Numbered from the stretch's first letter, positions 9,125 to 20,098 are shown. The stretch: 64,000 bases of DNA from Dehalococcoidia bacterium (GCA_965222125.1 CBDCTC010000002.1:41270-105269); one strand, 5' to 3'. Program-made: numbers and translations. Notes: generated by a model not told the origin, from the letters alone.

Positions 9125-10530
9125 CCCAGATTCCCCACCTAGATAAGAGGAAGACCTCGTTGGAGCCCGACGCGATGCGGGCTAAGATGGTTGTTGAGCA
9201 AACGAACCGATCACCAACGAGGTGCATCTATTATGAAGCAAGGCTTACTGGCATTCCAGTACGAGCAGGAGAAGGGCTCGACAGGTATGACGGGACTGTC
9301 CGGGCTGATGACGTACCTGGAGTTGATGCAAGCAGCGGGTTTGACACAGCTACAAGAAGTACAGGGCCTACCAGCCGCTGACCACCTACTGGGCAGAGGC
9401 CGACCAGATTGTGCATTCTGAGTTTCGGGACGGCAATGTACCGGCGGGCCATCAGCAGTTGCGAGTGTTGATTGAAGGGCTGGGCCGTCTGCCTGCGGGG
9501 GTGGAGAAGGTGATGCTGAGGTCGGATACGGCGGGGTACCAGCGGGAGTTGCTGCGGTACTGCGCGGAGGGTAGAGACGAGCGGTTCGGGGTGATCGAGT
9601 TCGCGGTTGGGGTCGACGTGACGACAGAGTTCCGCCGTGCGGTGTCCGAGGTCGCCGAGCAAGACTGGCAGACGCTGTACCGCAAGGTTGGGGAGCATCG
9701 TGTGGACACGGGTCAGCAGTGGGCTGATGTGAACTTCGTACCCAACTGGATAGGGCACTCCAAGAACAGCCCTGAGTATCGGTTCATAGCTACCAGGGAG
9801 CGGTTGATCGAACAGCCTCTGCCGGGAATGGAGGGGCAGATGGAGCTTCCGTTCCCCGCGATGGAGTTGTCCAACAGAGGCTGGTACAAGGTCTTCGGAG
9901 TGGTGACCAACCGGAGCATTGCGGGAGATGAGTTGATCTGGTGGTCGAGGCAGAGATGCGGCAAGGGCGAGGAGGTCCACGGCGTCCTCAAGAGTGACCT
10001 TGCCGGGGGCAGGCTTCCGTCGGGGCTGTTCGGAGCCAACGCAGCATGGTGGGCGATAGCAGTGTTGGCCTTCAACTTGAACTCTGCCATGAAGCGGCTG
10101 GTGTTGGGCGGACAGTGGGTGGGCAAGCGTCTCAAGGCGGTGCGCTTCGCCCTGATCGCCCTACCGGGCCGTGTGGTGCGTCACGCCAGGAGGTTGATCA
10201 TCCGTCTTGCCCGTGGCCATCCCTCATACGAGTTGCTGCTCAGCGCGCGGCAGAGGATATTGGCGCTGGCTGCCGAGCCGTATCGGGCATAGGCGACCCT
10301 GCCTGGAGCATCGGTTTGTAGGCGACTCTGCCGAGTTGCCAGGCCGGGCCATGCCTTCTTCGGCCTGACAACAGCCACAATTGGCAGCGAACCGCTGCCG
10401 ATACCCTCAAAGACGGCACCCGAGACCCTGTCCGATGCCGATCATGTCATGCGTCACCCCAAGTCGACACCCGGACACCCCCTGAAAGCACACCAAGCAG
10501 CTCCCAACCATGTCAGGTGGGGAATCTGGG
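9125..10530 (+). mobile_element. IS1380-family element, internally deleted
   Basis: Terminal inverted repeats CCCAGATTCCCCACCT (9125-9140) / AGGTGGGGAATCTGGG (10515-10530); transposase homologous to the 33120 copy. Confidence 0.85.
9233..10292 (+). pseudogene. IS1380-family DDE transposase with ~470-bp internal deletion and frameshift near 9345
   Basis: N-terminus MKQGLL jumps directly to YRAYQPLTTYW region relative to the second copy; RSDTAG, GEE.HGVLK, F.ANAAW motifs. Confidence 0.85.
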
Positions 10531-10546
10531 AGTCGGCGTAACTGTT

Positions 10547-11282
10547 CAGTCTTGGAGAGAGGAGGTACTCGGGCGCCGCCGCGCCCGCCTTCGGAGACTT
10601 TGGCAGGCCTCCGGACGTGGACCGGGCCTGGGCAGCAGCGGGGGCGGTATCGAACCTGACCTCCCAGCCATGGATTCCGGCTCGGGGGCCGGAATGACGA
10701 CGACCGTTCACGTGCAAGGCAGGCATACCCTATCGCCATGCCCGCGCAAGCGCGAATCTCAGTCTTGGTGAGAGGGGGTACTCGCGCGCCGCCGCGCCCG
10801 CCTTCGGAGACTTTGGCAGACCTCTGGACGTGGATCAGGCCTCGGCAGCAGCGGGGGCGGTATCGGGCTTGGTCTCCCGACCCTGGATTCCGGCTCGGGG
10901 GCCGGAATGACGACGACCGTTCACGTGCAAGGCAGGCATACCCTATCGCCATGCCCGCGCAAGCGCGAATCTCAGTCTTGGTGAAAGGGGGTACTCGCGC
11001 GCCGCCGCGCCCGCCTTCGGAGACTTTGGCAGACCTCCGGGCGTGGACCAGGCCTCGGGAGCAGCGGGGGCGGTATCGGGCTTGACCTCCCGACCCCTGG
11101 ATTCCGTCTCGGGGGCCGGAATGACGACGACCGTTCACGTGCAAGGCAGGCGTATCCGGTCGTCATGCCCGCGAAAGGAGACCTTTGCATAAATCCCCAA
11201 GCGCGGCAACGTCGCGGGGCCAAGCGGTGTCATCCAACCTGGACTCTCTATTTCTGGATTCCGGCTCAAGGCCGGAATGACG
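10547..11282. repeat. Tandem array of ~213-bp units containing CGTC-type REP-like palindromes (BIME-like)
   Basis: Units start 10547, 10760, 10973; TGGATTCCGGCTCGGGGGCCGGAATGACG-like hairpins at 10671, 10884, 11098, 11255 alternate with oppositely oriented CGCCATGCCCGCGCAAGCGCGAATCT. Confidence 0.85.
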
Positions 11283-11329
11283 GTTGTGCAACGGGTCCGA
11301 TAGCGGGCATCCACGGATCTGGAGGGGCA

Positions 11330-12949
11330 TCAACCTTGAACAGTTGCGCGTTTCGGCCCCGTGCCGGCTTTGGCACGCGGCATCCTGAGTATCCGGCGGG
11401 CGTTGTCCGCCATTATCAGACGGTCTTCCTCGGGCGACAGGTCCGCTTCGTGGTAGATTCCCAGCGCGAATGCGGGCAGGATCAGGTCCATGTCCGTCCC
11501 GAACACTATCCGGTCGGCCCCGACGGTGTCGATGGCCCGCCTCAGCACGTCGCGGTAGGGGTACGTGCCCGAGAGCTCCAGGTAGACGTTGGGCGTGTCG
11601 GCCGCGAGGCGTATGCCGTCCTCGCCCAGACCGTGACCGATGATTATGGGTAGACTCGGGTGGCGGCGCCCGACCTCACGCAGCATGGTCAGGTCGGCGG
11701 CGCTGCCGCCGCGCACGAAGGGCGCGTAGCCTGGGGCCGAGGAGTAGCGCGGCAGCCGGGTGAAGTCCCAGTTGGGGCCGTTGTAGAAGATCGGCACGCC
11801 CCGCTCGGCGGCTTCGGCGAAGAGCGCCATGTAGCCTTCCGAGCCGCCGCGGTCCAGGACCGTGTCCGGGGTGATCGTCGCGTGGGCCAGCCGGTCGTTC
11901 TTCGCGAACATGTCCAGCCAGCGGACCGACGCTTCGAGATGCGTGGGATTGACGACCGGGCTTCCCAGCAGGCCGGGCCGGCCCTCGATCTTCTCGAGCA
12001 TCTCGCGGTTGCCGGCGTCCATGTCGTCGTAGTAGGCAAAGTAGGACGAGCAGACCGAGTACTCGAACCCGGCCCGGCGGGCGTAGTGCTCGATGGCCTC
12101 CACGTCCCGCGTCGAGGCCGACAGCATCGGTATCTCGCCGAAGTGGTTGTGGACGTCGATGGCGGGCGTCTCGGGTGTCTCGACGGCCGGCAGCGGCTCC
12201 GCCGAGGCTTCGGCGCGGTCGGCCTCGTCGCGCCGTCCGAACAGCCTCAACGCGTTGGCGGCCAGTATCTTCCGCTTGACGGCCTCGTCCAGGTCGGCGT
12301 CGAGCACGAGGTTCAGCGCGGGCCGCATGGGACGCAGGGTAGCGCCGGAGGCGTAGAGCACCCGGTCGGGGCCGGCCCGCTCGACCAGCAGTTCCACCGC
12401 GCCCGGCGTCGGGAACCAGGACGGGTCGACGTAGACGTGATCATGCTCCTCGACGACGGCCAGGACCTCGTCGAACAGGTAGTAGAAGGTTCCGGCGAAG
12501 TACAGCGGGCAGCCCAGCTCCGCGGTTATTTCCGCAAGCTGCGTGGGCAATCCTCCGCCGACGAGGCTGCAGGCGACCAGGGGCAGGCCGGGCCGGGCGA
12601 TCTCGGCGAACGCCCGGCGCGACGCCAGCGACGCCAGCGACGTGTTCGGCGGCACGTGGAACGCCAGCCCCGCGGACCCGTTCGCCACGCAGCTCGCGAC
12701 CACCGACGGCAGCTCGGCGGCGGAAACCTTGGGGCCGACGACACCGACCGGGATCAGCCGTTCGTCCGAGGCCGCGCCGGAGAACAGGTGGTCGTTGCCC
12801 TTGCGGGCGTCCGCGTTGAGGCCGCGAAGGCTGGTGACCGCGGCGCGGCCCACGCCGGCCTTGGTCATCTGGCCGAATAGCTCCGCGAACCCCATGGGCT
12901 CCGGCCGTACCGTGAGCCCGCCGACCAGTGTGTACGCGTCTACGATCAT
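11330..12949 (-). CDS. Tandem two-domain amidohydrolase (Amidohydro_2)
   Basis: Two TIM-barrel repeats: ...DRVLYAS...KILAANA.RL and IDVHNH...GH...NVYLELSG...DRIVFGTD...NARRIL. Confidence 0.85.
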   Translation of the reverse strand: MIVDAYTLVGGLTVRPEPMGFAELFGQMTKAGVGRAAVTSLRGLNADARKGNDHLFSGAASDERLIPVGVVGPKVSAAELPSVVASCVANGSAGLAFHVPPNTSLASLASRRAFAEIARPGLPLVACSLVGGGLPTQLAEITAELGCPLYFAGTFYYLFDEVLAVVEEHDHVYVDPSWFPTPGAVELLVERAGPDRVLYASGATLRPMRPALNLVLDADLDEAVKRKILAANALRLFGRRDEADRAEASAEPLPAVETPETPAIDVHNHFGEIPMLSASTRDVEAIEHYARRAGFEYSVCSSYFAYYDDMDAGNREMLEKIEGRPGLLGSPVVNPTHLEASVRWLDMFAKNDRLAHATITPDTVLDRGGSEGYMALFAEAAERGVPIFYNGPNWDFTRLPRYSSAPGYAPFVRGGSAADLTMLREVGRRHPSLPIIIGHGLGEDGIRLAADTPNVYLELSGTYPYRDVLRRAIDTVGADRIVFGTDMDLILPAFALGIYHEADLSPEEDRLIMADNARRILRMPRAKAGTGPKRATVQG

Positions 12950-13148
12950 CGTGTGCCTCCAAGGGCGGCCGCCGCGGCCGGGCAGCCGAGTATATTGCCG
13001 GCCTCCGGCGGGGTCAATTTCACGGCCGGCCGTGGCGGGTTACTTGCAGCCGAGCCGGTGGTATCATAAGGGCCGCTCGAACGGCAGGCACTCTGAGCGC
13101 ACCCACCGGAAGAATGGTAGGGGAGCAGCCCGCAGGAGGATTCCACAG

Positions 13149-14561
13149 ATGAAGATGTACATCAGCGGCGAGTGGATCGACAAAGACGACAAGATCGAGG
13201 TGATGAACTCCTACAACGACACGGTGATCGACACGGTGCCCAGCGCGGACCTCAAGGACCTGGAGGCCGCCATTGCCAGCGCCGAGCGCGGCGCCAGGGT
13301 CATGGCCGATATTCCCGCCTACGACCGCTACCTGATGCTCAAGAAGACGGCGGAGATCATTGAGGAGCGTCAGGAGGACTTCGGGCGCACCATAACCCTC
13401 GAGGAGGGCAAGGTGATCACCGAGGGGCGGATGGAGGCCAACCGGGCCATCCAGACGATGACGCTGTCGGCCGAAGAGGCAAAGCGGCTCTACGGCGAGA
13501 CGATTCCATTGGACGCCGCTCCCGGCTGGGGCGGCCAGTTGGGCTTCACGCTGAGGGTGCCCTGCGGCGTCGTAGCGGCGATCAGCCCGTTCAACTTTCC
13601 GCTCAACCTGGTGTGCCACAAGGTCGGCCCGGCGCTCGCGGCCGGTAACTCGGTCATCATCAAGCCCGCCTCGGACACGCCGCTGTCGGCGATCAAGCTG
13701 ACCGAGGCGCTGCTGGACGCAGGCGTTCCCGCCGAGGCGGTGCAGTGCGTCACGGGCTCCGGTGGCAAGATCGGAGACGCCCTCGTCGCCGACGAGCGCG
13801 TCAGGAAGGTGACCTTCACGGGCAGCCGCGACATAGGCGAGCGGATCTGCCGGACGGCGGGGCTGAAGAAGGTCACGATGGAGCTGGGCTCCAACTCGCC
13901 GCTGATCGTCATGCCGGACGTCGACATGGACAAGGTCGTCAAGGGCACCATCTCCAGCGGCTTCGCCAACGCGGGCCAGGTCTGCATATCCGCGCAGCGG
14001 ATCATCACCAGCAGGGAGGTGTACGCCGACTATCTCGACGCCCTGACCGAGGGAGTCAAGCAGATCAGCACCGGCGACCCGCTGCGGGAAGACGTCAATA
14101 TGGGGCCGATGGTCAGGGCGCAGGACGCCGTGCGGGTCAACGAGTGGATCGTGGAGGCCGTCAGCGGAGGCGCGCGCACGGTAGTTGGAGGCGAGTACGA
14201 GGGGGCGATGCACCAGCCGACCATCGTGGCCGACGTCAAGCCGGAGATGCGCATCTCGTGCGACGAGCTGTTCGGTCCGGCCGTGGCGGTCACGCCTTTC
14301 TCCGACATCGACGAGGCCATCGAGATGGCGAACGACAGCAACTACGGCCTGAGCGCGGGGATCTTCACCCAGAACATCGACTGGGCCATGCAGTTCGCGC
14401 GGCGCGTCCACTCCGGCAACCTGATGATCAACTCGGGGCCCCAATGGCGCGCCGACATGATGCCTTACGGCGGCGTCAAAGAGAGCGGGATGGGCAAAGA
14501 GGGCCCGCGATACGCCGTCGAGGAGATGACCGAGCTCAAGATGGTCGTCTACCACCCGTAA
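13149..14561 (+). CDS. NAD(P)-dependent aldehyde dehydrogenase
   Basis: PFNFP, KPAS.TP, FTGS, ELGSNSP, NAGQVC, ELFGP, PYGGVKESG.GKEG. Confidence 0.95.
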   Translation: MKMYISGEWIDKDDKIEVMNSYNDTVIDTVPSADLKDLEAAIASAERGARVMADIPAYDRYLMLKKTAEIIEERQEDFGRTITLEEGKVITEGRMEANRAIQTMTLSAEEAKRLYGETIPLDAAPGWGGQLGFTLRVPCGVVAAISPFNFPLNLVCHKVGPALAAGNSVIIKPASDTPLSAIKLTEALLDAGVPAEAVQCVTGSGGKIGDALVADERVRKVTFTGSRDIGERICRTAGLKKVTMELGSNSPLIVMPDVDMDKVVKGTISSGFANAGQVCISAQRIITSREVYADYLDALTEGVKQISTGDPLREDVNMGPMVRAQDAVRVNEWIVEAVSGGARTVVGGEYEGAMHQPTIVADVKPEMRISCDELFGPAVAVTPFSDIDEAIEMANDSNYGLSAGIFTQNIDWAMQFARRVHSGNLMINSGPQWRADMMPYGGVKESGMGKEGPRYAVEEMTELKMVVYHP

Positions 14562-14630
14562 GCGCGCTGCGGGAGACTACGGCCTTCTACCAGCCGGCGT
14601 ACGGACAACACCAATGCACCGGGGAACGGC

Positions 14631-15617
14631 ATGAATCGGGCAACCAACCCAAGCTGGGTCTTCGAAACCGCGAACCCAATGGGCGGAGCACGGGCTACCG
14701 CGTATCACCACACGTTGGAAGGCGCCGATCTGTCCGTTGCGGCGCGTCTGGCCCGCGAGGCGATACAGAACAGCGTCGACGCCACGCTGGACGGTCAGAG
14801 GACCGATGTGCTGGTGTGGGACAAGCCGCTTTCGCCCGAGGAAGCGTCAAAAGTCAGGCGGCTGCTTGCGCTGAGTTCCCAGCACCCGCCAATTAACAGG
14901 CTCAAGAAGCTGGGAATCCGGCATGGCAATCTCTTTGAACGAATGCGGAGAGACGACGCCGGTGAGACCCGGGTTACGATTGTCGAAGATCGCAAGACCT
15001 GTGGACTGGGCTTCGACAGTGGCGACGGCAAGGACCGCTTCCGGGAACTGTGCCTGTTCCTGGGCCAGGAGAGTACAACCGTGGACGGCAGCCGTGGCGG
15101 CTCGTACGGTTTCGGCAAGACCGTGTACCAATCGGCCTCGGACTGCAGCACTTTTCTCGTGTACAGCGTCTTCGAGCCCACAAGCGAAACGGGCGACCAC
15201 CACGCTCGACTGTTCGGGTGCTCGTCCTTCGACGGCCACGACATCGGCGACGAAAAGTACACCGGTCGGGCCTGGTTCGGAATACCGGAAAGCGAGGCAA
15301 CGGGCCAGACAACGTGTGGTCCGATTGTGGACGAGGCAGCGCACGACTTGGTGCAGCGCTGGGATTCATGAGGCGCGATAGAGAGACAACGCGCCCCTGG
15401 ACAACGCCGTGGCGCACATGTACCTTAGCCCAACAATCGTCCTGGACGACAACAAAGAAACGCACACATTCCGACCGCCTGTGTTTGACCTCAGTGATTG
15501 TGAACGGCGACCAAGTCGATCGTTCCTCCCCGATCACACTGGAGATATCCAAAGAGAAGACGGTCTCGGTCGAAGTAGAGTCGGAGGCATTCGACCGAGA
15601 CCTGTACGCAGACCTAG
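14631..15617 (+). pseudogene. Degraded GHKL/HATPase-like protein (defence-island type), frameshifted, internally deleted and IS-truncated
   Basis: REAIQNSVDA (N-box), VED..T.GL (G1), GGSYGFGK (G2); frame break at ~15360; C-terminal fragment runs into IS5 end. Confidence 0.6.
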
Positions 15618-16958
15618 CAGGCTGCGGAAGAATAGGTTCTGGCAGTTCGAAGTAGCTGGTTGAGTGAACAGTGACGGCGTTTTCATGACACGGAGGGTGG
15701 GTTTGGAGCCCCTATGGACGGCTTAGGAGGTGATTCGCAGGGCTCGCAGGCCCCGTCAGATCATTTTGGACGCACTGCGACCCGGGCAGATCACACCGAC
15801 TGAATGGCCCGAGTCTGCCGGGGCCACAACAGCTTCGCCATCCGCACGAGGTTGTAGGCGGTAGCTACGAAGTACCCCGCCAGCCCAGTCCGCTCAACAC
15901 CACGATACCGAGTGCGACGGAACCCGCCCACCGTCTTCATCCACCCGAAGACTTCCTCCACTCGCTTGCGAATCTTCTGGCTCACCCCATAGCCTGGATG
16001 CCGTGTCGTTCGACCATCTATCGCAGAGTGAACTCGCTGTGCCACGTGCGGCGTCACTCCACGATCACGCGTATCCTTCACACACTGCCGCGTGTCGTAG
16101 CCCTTGTCACCTCCCAGCGTCCTGGGACGGAAGCCACGCTCCCACGCATCGTCCAGCAGTATGGGTACAGCGTCACGCTCCGCCGTGCCTGTCGCGCTAC
16201 TGACCACAAAGTCCATCAGCAGCCCGTTGCGGTTCTCCATCAGCGCGTGCCCCATGAACGCCAGCTTGGCCTCCTTCCCTTTGCCTTTGCGCATCAACCG
16301 CGCCTCAGAGTCCGTCCTGCTCTCGTGAGTCTCGTTCCGCAGCCGCTCTCCATGAAAGTCCACCGATGGGTTGCCGGGATCGTCGTCGGACCGATGATCT
16401 TCCTCTTCTCGCCGCCTGAAGCTCTTGATGCTCGCAGCAGCCTCTATCAGCGTCCCGTCCACACTGAAGTGCTCATCCGACAGCAGTCCCTTCCGGTCTG
16501 CCTCCACCACCACCTCGTCGAACAAAGCCTAGCCTATCCTGTGCTCCAGCAGACGACGCCGGTTCTTCGTGAACACCGTCGGGTCGAAGCTGCGCTCCAT
16601 CATGTCCATGTCCAGGAACCAGCGGAACAGGAGGTTGTATTCGAGCTCCTCGCAGAATGCTCTCTCGCTGCGCACAGAGTAGAGGGAGATCAGCAACGAT
16701 GCCTTCAGCAGCCGCTCAGGCGGCACCGACGCTCGGCCCACCTTCGAGTACATCCGGTCGAACTCCGGCGAAAGGCGCTCCAAGGCCTCGTCCGCCACCG
16801 CTTTGATGGTCCGAAGAGGATGGTCCCTTGGAACTCGCTCCTCCAGGTCCACGAACGCCAACATCGTTGCCTGAGGGTCCTGTCTTCCTCTCATGGGACG
16901 ACCACCTCCATTCCAGTGTGACGTATCCTATCTCACAAAATCATTTTTCCGCAGCCTG
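15618..16958 (-). mobile_element. IS5-family element (DUF772+DDE type), flanked by CTAG
   Basis: TIR CAGGCTGCGGAA / TTCCGCAGCCTG; CTAG at 15614-15617 and 16959-16962. Confidence 0.9.
15791..16894 (-). pseudogene. IS5-family transposase interrupted by in-frame TAG at 16529-16531
   Basis: MRG...DHPLR, SVRSER, VDGTLIEA, GDKGYD, RKRVEEVFGW; two ORFs in the same frame separated by one stop. Confidence 0.88.
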
Positions 16959-17391
16959 CTAGGTTGACCGTCTTCCTAGAAAAGGAACCTGGAGTGTTGG
17001 CCTCGCCGGACAGGATCCGAGACCACAGACGTTGCATGTCGTCATCTGAGACGGACCTGCACTTGTCGAAGAAATTCGCTATCCAGTCGTCTTGCACGTC
17101 CTCTGTAGGCGCATTAGGGTCGACATCCCCGATGGCCTTACCGACTATGCTCTCCATATTCAGTTGCTTTCGCGTCTCCTCCTCAACAAAACGGTGCGCA
17201 ACTCTCCGCTGAACCTCGTCGATCTCGATGTCGCTCTTGGCCAAGGTCATCGCCGCGTCGGCCTTGGCTTGCGCGACTCGACGGATCTGATTTGGTTCCC
17301 ACAGGACCCCGACAGCGTTCGAAATCTTCTCTATCAAGACAGTGGCAGGCTTTGTTAGCTCCCCCGTGTTGATAAGCGAATAGTCAGGCAT
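16959..17391 (-). pseudogene. DUF2806-like protein, C-terminally truncated by IS5
   Basis: KQ.N.ESI, DDW...FFDKC..VSD..MQ.LWSRIL.GE...PGSFS.KT motif; reading frame enters the IS at CTAG. Confidence 0.75.
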
Positions 17392-17526
17392 GGTCTCGAA
17401 CTCCTACTGGTCCGACAGCGTCGGCGTGACTTGCTCGCAGCCGGGGCGAGGGACATCAGAATGCCTGGGTCTTCCCCTCAGCAATCTCGTCATCGTATCC
17501 GCAGGAGCAAGGTTCAGGCCTCTCAT

Positions 17527-17795
17527 CTATTGGAATCTCATCGGGAGGCGAAGCCTGTAGCCTCCACAGTCATGGCATAGAATCTCTGGGTCTAGGGCCC
17601 AACATATCGCTCCTATCATTCGGGATTTGGCAACAAATTCCTCAAGCTTTTCTTCGTCTACGATAGAAGACGAAGCGTTCAGCATTAAGGCCTCTGTCGC
17701 TGCCACGATGGAGAGCGATGTAAGATCTGCGGGTCCTGACAGTCCGCCGTCTACGGGTCCGACCACCAATACCGCAAGGTTGTCTCCCACCTCGA
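17527..17795 (-). pseudogene. C-terminal fragment of a hypothetical gene, truncated at the IS5 remnant junction
   Basis: Open frame with protein-like composition and lower GC, no clear start; abuts transposase fragment. Confidence 0.4.
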
Positions 17796-18790
17796 GGGGT
17801 TTCCCAATGCTGGCCGAGGTCGGCGTCCCTACGAGTTGTCGGCGATGCTACGGATACACTGCGTGCAGTTGTTCTACAACCTGAGCGACCCTGGGATGGA
17901 GGACATGCTCTACGAGGTCGAATCGGTGAGGCGGTTCGTAGGGCTGAGACTGCCTGGGCCGCTGCCGGACGAGACGACGATTCTGAACTTCCGCCACCTG
18001 CTGGAAGAGCATGAGTTGGGCGCGAGTCTGTTCGAGGAGATCAACCGCTATCTGGAGTCCAAGGGACTCCGTCTTCAGGAGGGGACGATAGTGGACGCGA
18101 GCATCATAGCGGCGCCCTCATCGACGAAGAATCGTGCTAAAGAGCGCGACCCCGAGATGCACCAGACCAAGAAGGGTAACGAGTGGCACTTCGGGATGAA
18201 GGTGCACATCGGTGTGGACTCGCAGACGGGAGTGGTGCACAGCATGACCACGACATCTGCGAACGTGCATGACCTGACTGAGTTGCCCCGGTTGCTGCAC
18301 GGTGGGGAGTCTCAGGTGTGGGGAGATGCTGGGTATCAGGGAGTTGACAAGAGGCCGGGCAACCGGGGCTTGGATGTGGAGTGGCAGATGGCGATGAGGC
18401 CCGGCCAGCGTCGGAAGCTGGAGCCTGAGAGTCCTGAGGCGGTGTCGGAGAAGCGCAAAGCGTCGGTCAGAGCCAAGGTGGAGCATCCGTTCCTGTACAT
18501 CAAGCGGCACTTCGGCTACGCCAAGGTCCGCTACAGGGGACTGTCCAAGAACACGCAGCGGCTGATGACGCTGATGGGGTTTGCCAACTTGATGAGGGCC
18601 GAACAGTACCTGGCGGCGTGAAACCTTGCATAAGTGCGCCCAAAATCAGGCCTGACGGCGGCGAAACGCCCTGTCAGGGCCGGTTGTAGGCCGACAATAA
18701 CCCCCACCACGGCGCCATCAGGCAATTCAACGCCCCCAAAACCACTCCGGTCAACTCGGCCCAGCCTGAAGCCGATTGTTCAGAGCATCC
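17796..18790 (+). mobile_element. 5'-truncated IS5-family (IS5 group) element; transposase ends at 18621
   Basis: GRGRRPY.L..MLRIH, PDETTILNFRH, VDASII, HFGMKVHIGVD, GDAGYQG, RAKVEHPF; right end TTGTTCAGAGCATCC followed by CTAG; left end absent. Confidence 0.85.
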
Positions 18791-18910
18791 CTAGACGAAG
18801 CAATGTCCCGATGGGATATCCGGGCGTCGGCCACGGCTTGACCGGCCCTCGCGCTCCGCCTATCGTTGACGCCGTCTCGGCCGCAGCCCCTACTCGTGGA
18901 GGAACCAGTC

Positions 18911-20068
18911 ATGAAGGTAACGAACATCAAGAGCATGAACGTCATGGGCGAGCACGGGCGGGCGATGTTCTTCGTGAAGGTCGAGACCGACGCCGGCATC
19001 TACGGCCTCGGCGAGGTCGGCATGATCCGCTGGGGCGCCGCCATCGCGAAGGCCGTCGAGCATCTCTCTGAGCTCGTGATAGGCGAGGACCCGTTCGCCA
19101 CCGAGCGGCTGTGGCAGCACATGTTCCGCGGCTCGTTCTTCCCTGCGGAGGGCGTCTACTCCTGCGCCGTCAGCGCCATAGACATAGCGCTGTGGGACAT
19201 CAAGGGCAAGGCGGTCGGTCTGCCCGTCTACAAGCTGCTCGGCGGACCGGTGCGCGACAAGGTCGTCTGCTATCCGCACGCCGGAGGCGACAGCACGGCC
19301 GAGCTCGTCGAGGACTGCCGCGCGCTGGTCGACGAGGGTTGGAAGTTCGTCCGCTGGGGCCAGTCCGAGACCGGCATCGCCGACGACGGAGCGAGCCGCC
19401 TCGAGCCCGTCGAGTCGATGCACATCGCGGTGGAGGAGATGGCTGCGGTACGCGAGGCCGTCGGCCCCGATATCCAGATCTGCCTCGACGTTCACACCCG
19501 TTTGGACACGGCCCACGTCCTGGCAATGTGCAAGGACCTGGAGCCGTACAGGCCCTTCTTCATCGAGGACCCTCTCCGCTCCGAGAACCACGGCAGCTAC
19601 CGCACGCTGGCCCGTCACGTGAGCCTTCCCATCGCAGCCGGCGAGCAGTGGACGAGCAAGTGGCACTTCCGCGAGGTGGTCGAGGAGGAGCTGATCAGCT
19701 ACGCCCGGATCGACGTCTGCAACGTGGGCGGCCTCACCGAGGCGCTGAAGATCACTCACTGGTGCGAGACCCACTACATCGACATCGCGCCGCACAATCC
19801 GCTGGGCCCGGTCAGCGCAGCCGCCTGCGTCGCGCTGTGCATGGCCTCGACCAACGTTGGCGTGCAGGAGATGCCCCGGCGACCGGGGAGCGAGCACCGC
19901 GACCTCTTCCCGGAGCAGATCGACTGGGCCGATGGCTACGCCTTCGCGCCGGACAGGCCCGGCCTCGGGGTGGAGATCGACGAGTCGGTCGCGGAGGCCA
20001 GGGCGGCCAAGCCGGGCGGGTGGCCGCCCCTGCTCCGCAGGAACGACGGCGCCTTCACGAACTGGTAG
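18911..20068 (+). CDS. Mandelate racemase/muconate lactonizing enzyme family (galactonate dehydratase-like)
   Basis: VETDAGIYGLGE, SAIDIALWDIKGK, D.H, EDP, GE, APHNP.GP. Confidence 0.9.
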   Translation: MKVTNIKSMNVMGEHGRAMFFVKVETDAGIYGLGEVGMIRWGAAIAKAVEHLSELVIGEDPFATERLWQHMFRGSFFPAEGVYSCAVSAIDIALWDIKGKAVGLPVYKLLGGPVRDKVVCYPHAGGDSTAELVEDCRALVDEGWKFVRWGQSETGIADDGASRLEPVESMHIAVEEMAAVREAVGPDIQICLDVHTRLDTAHVLAMCKDLEPYRPFFIEDPLRSENHGSYRTLARHVSLPIAAGEQWTSKWHFREVVEEELISYARIDVCNVGGLTEALKITHWCETHYIDIAPHNPLGPVSAAACVALCMASTNVGVQEMPRRPGSEHRDLFPEQIDWADGYAFAPDRPGLGVEIDESVAEARAAKPGGWPPLLRRNDGAFTNW

Positions 20069-20081
20069 CCCAAAAAGTGAT

Positions 20082-20097
20082 TGTGATATATTGCACA
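20082..20097 (+). promoter_or_regulatory. Extended -10 (TGaTATATT) overlapping an imperfect CRP/Rex-like palindrome TGTGA-N6-GCACA upstream of ccmC
   Basis: Seen directly; -10 ends 6 nt before the ATG at 20099 and no SD is present. Confidence 0.45.
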
Positions 20098-20098
20098 C

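Noticed and set aside
10407-11144. 245-aa repeat ORF on the minus strand
   Set aside because: Open frame is a by-product of a 213-bp (multiple of 3) GC-rich repeat; no RBS or protein-like composition
10547-11282. Possible CRISPR array
   Set aside because: Sequences between the palindromes are near-identical rather than unique spacers, the period is 213 bp, and no cas genes are present
16529-16531. TAG in transposase as pyrrolysine or stop-codon recoding
   Set aside because: Many genes here end normally at TAG; a CAG to TAG mutation in a decaying IS is simpler
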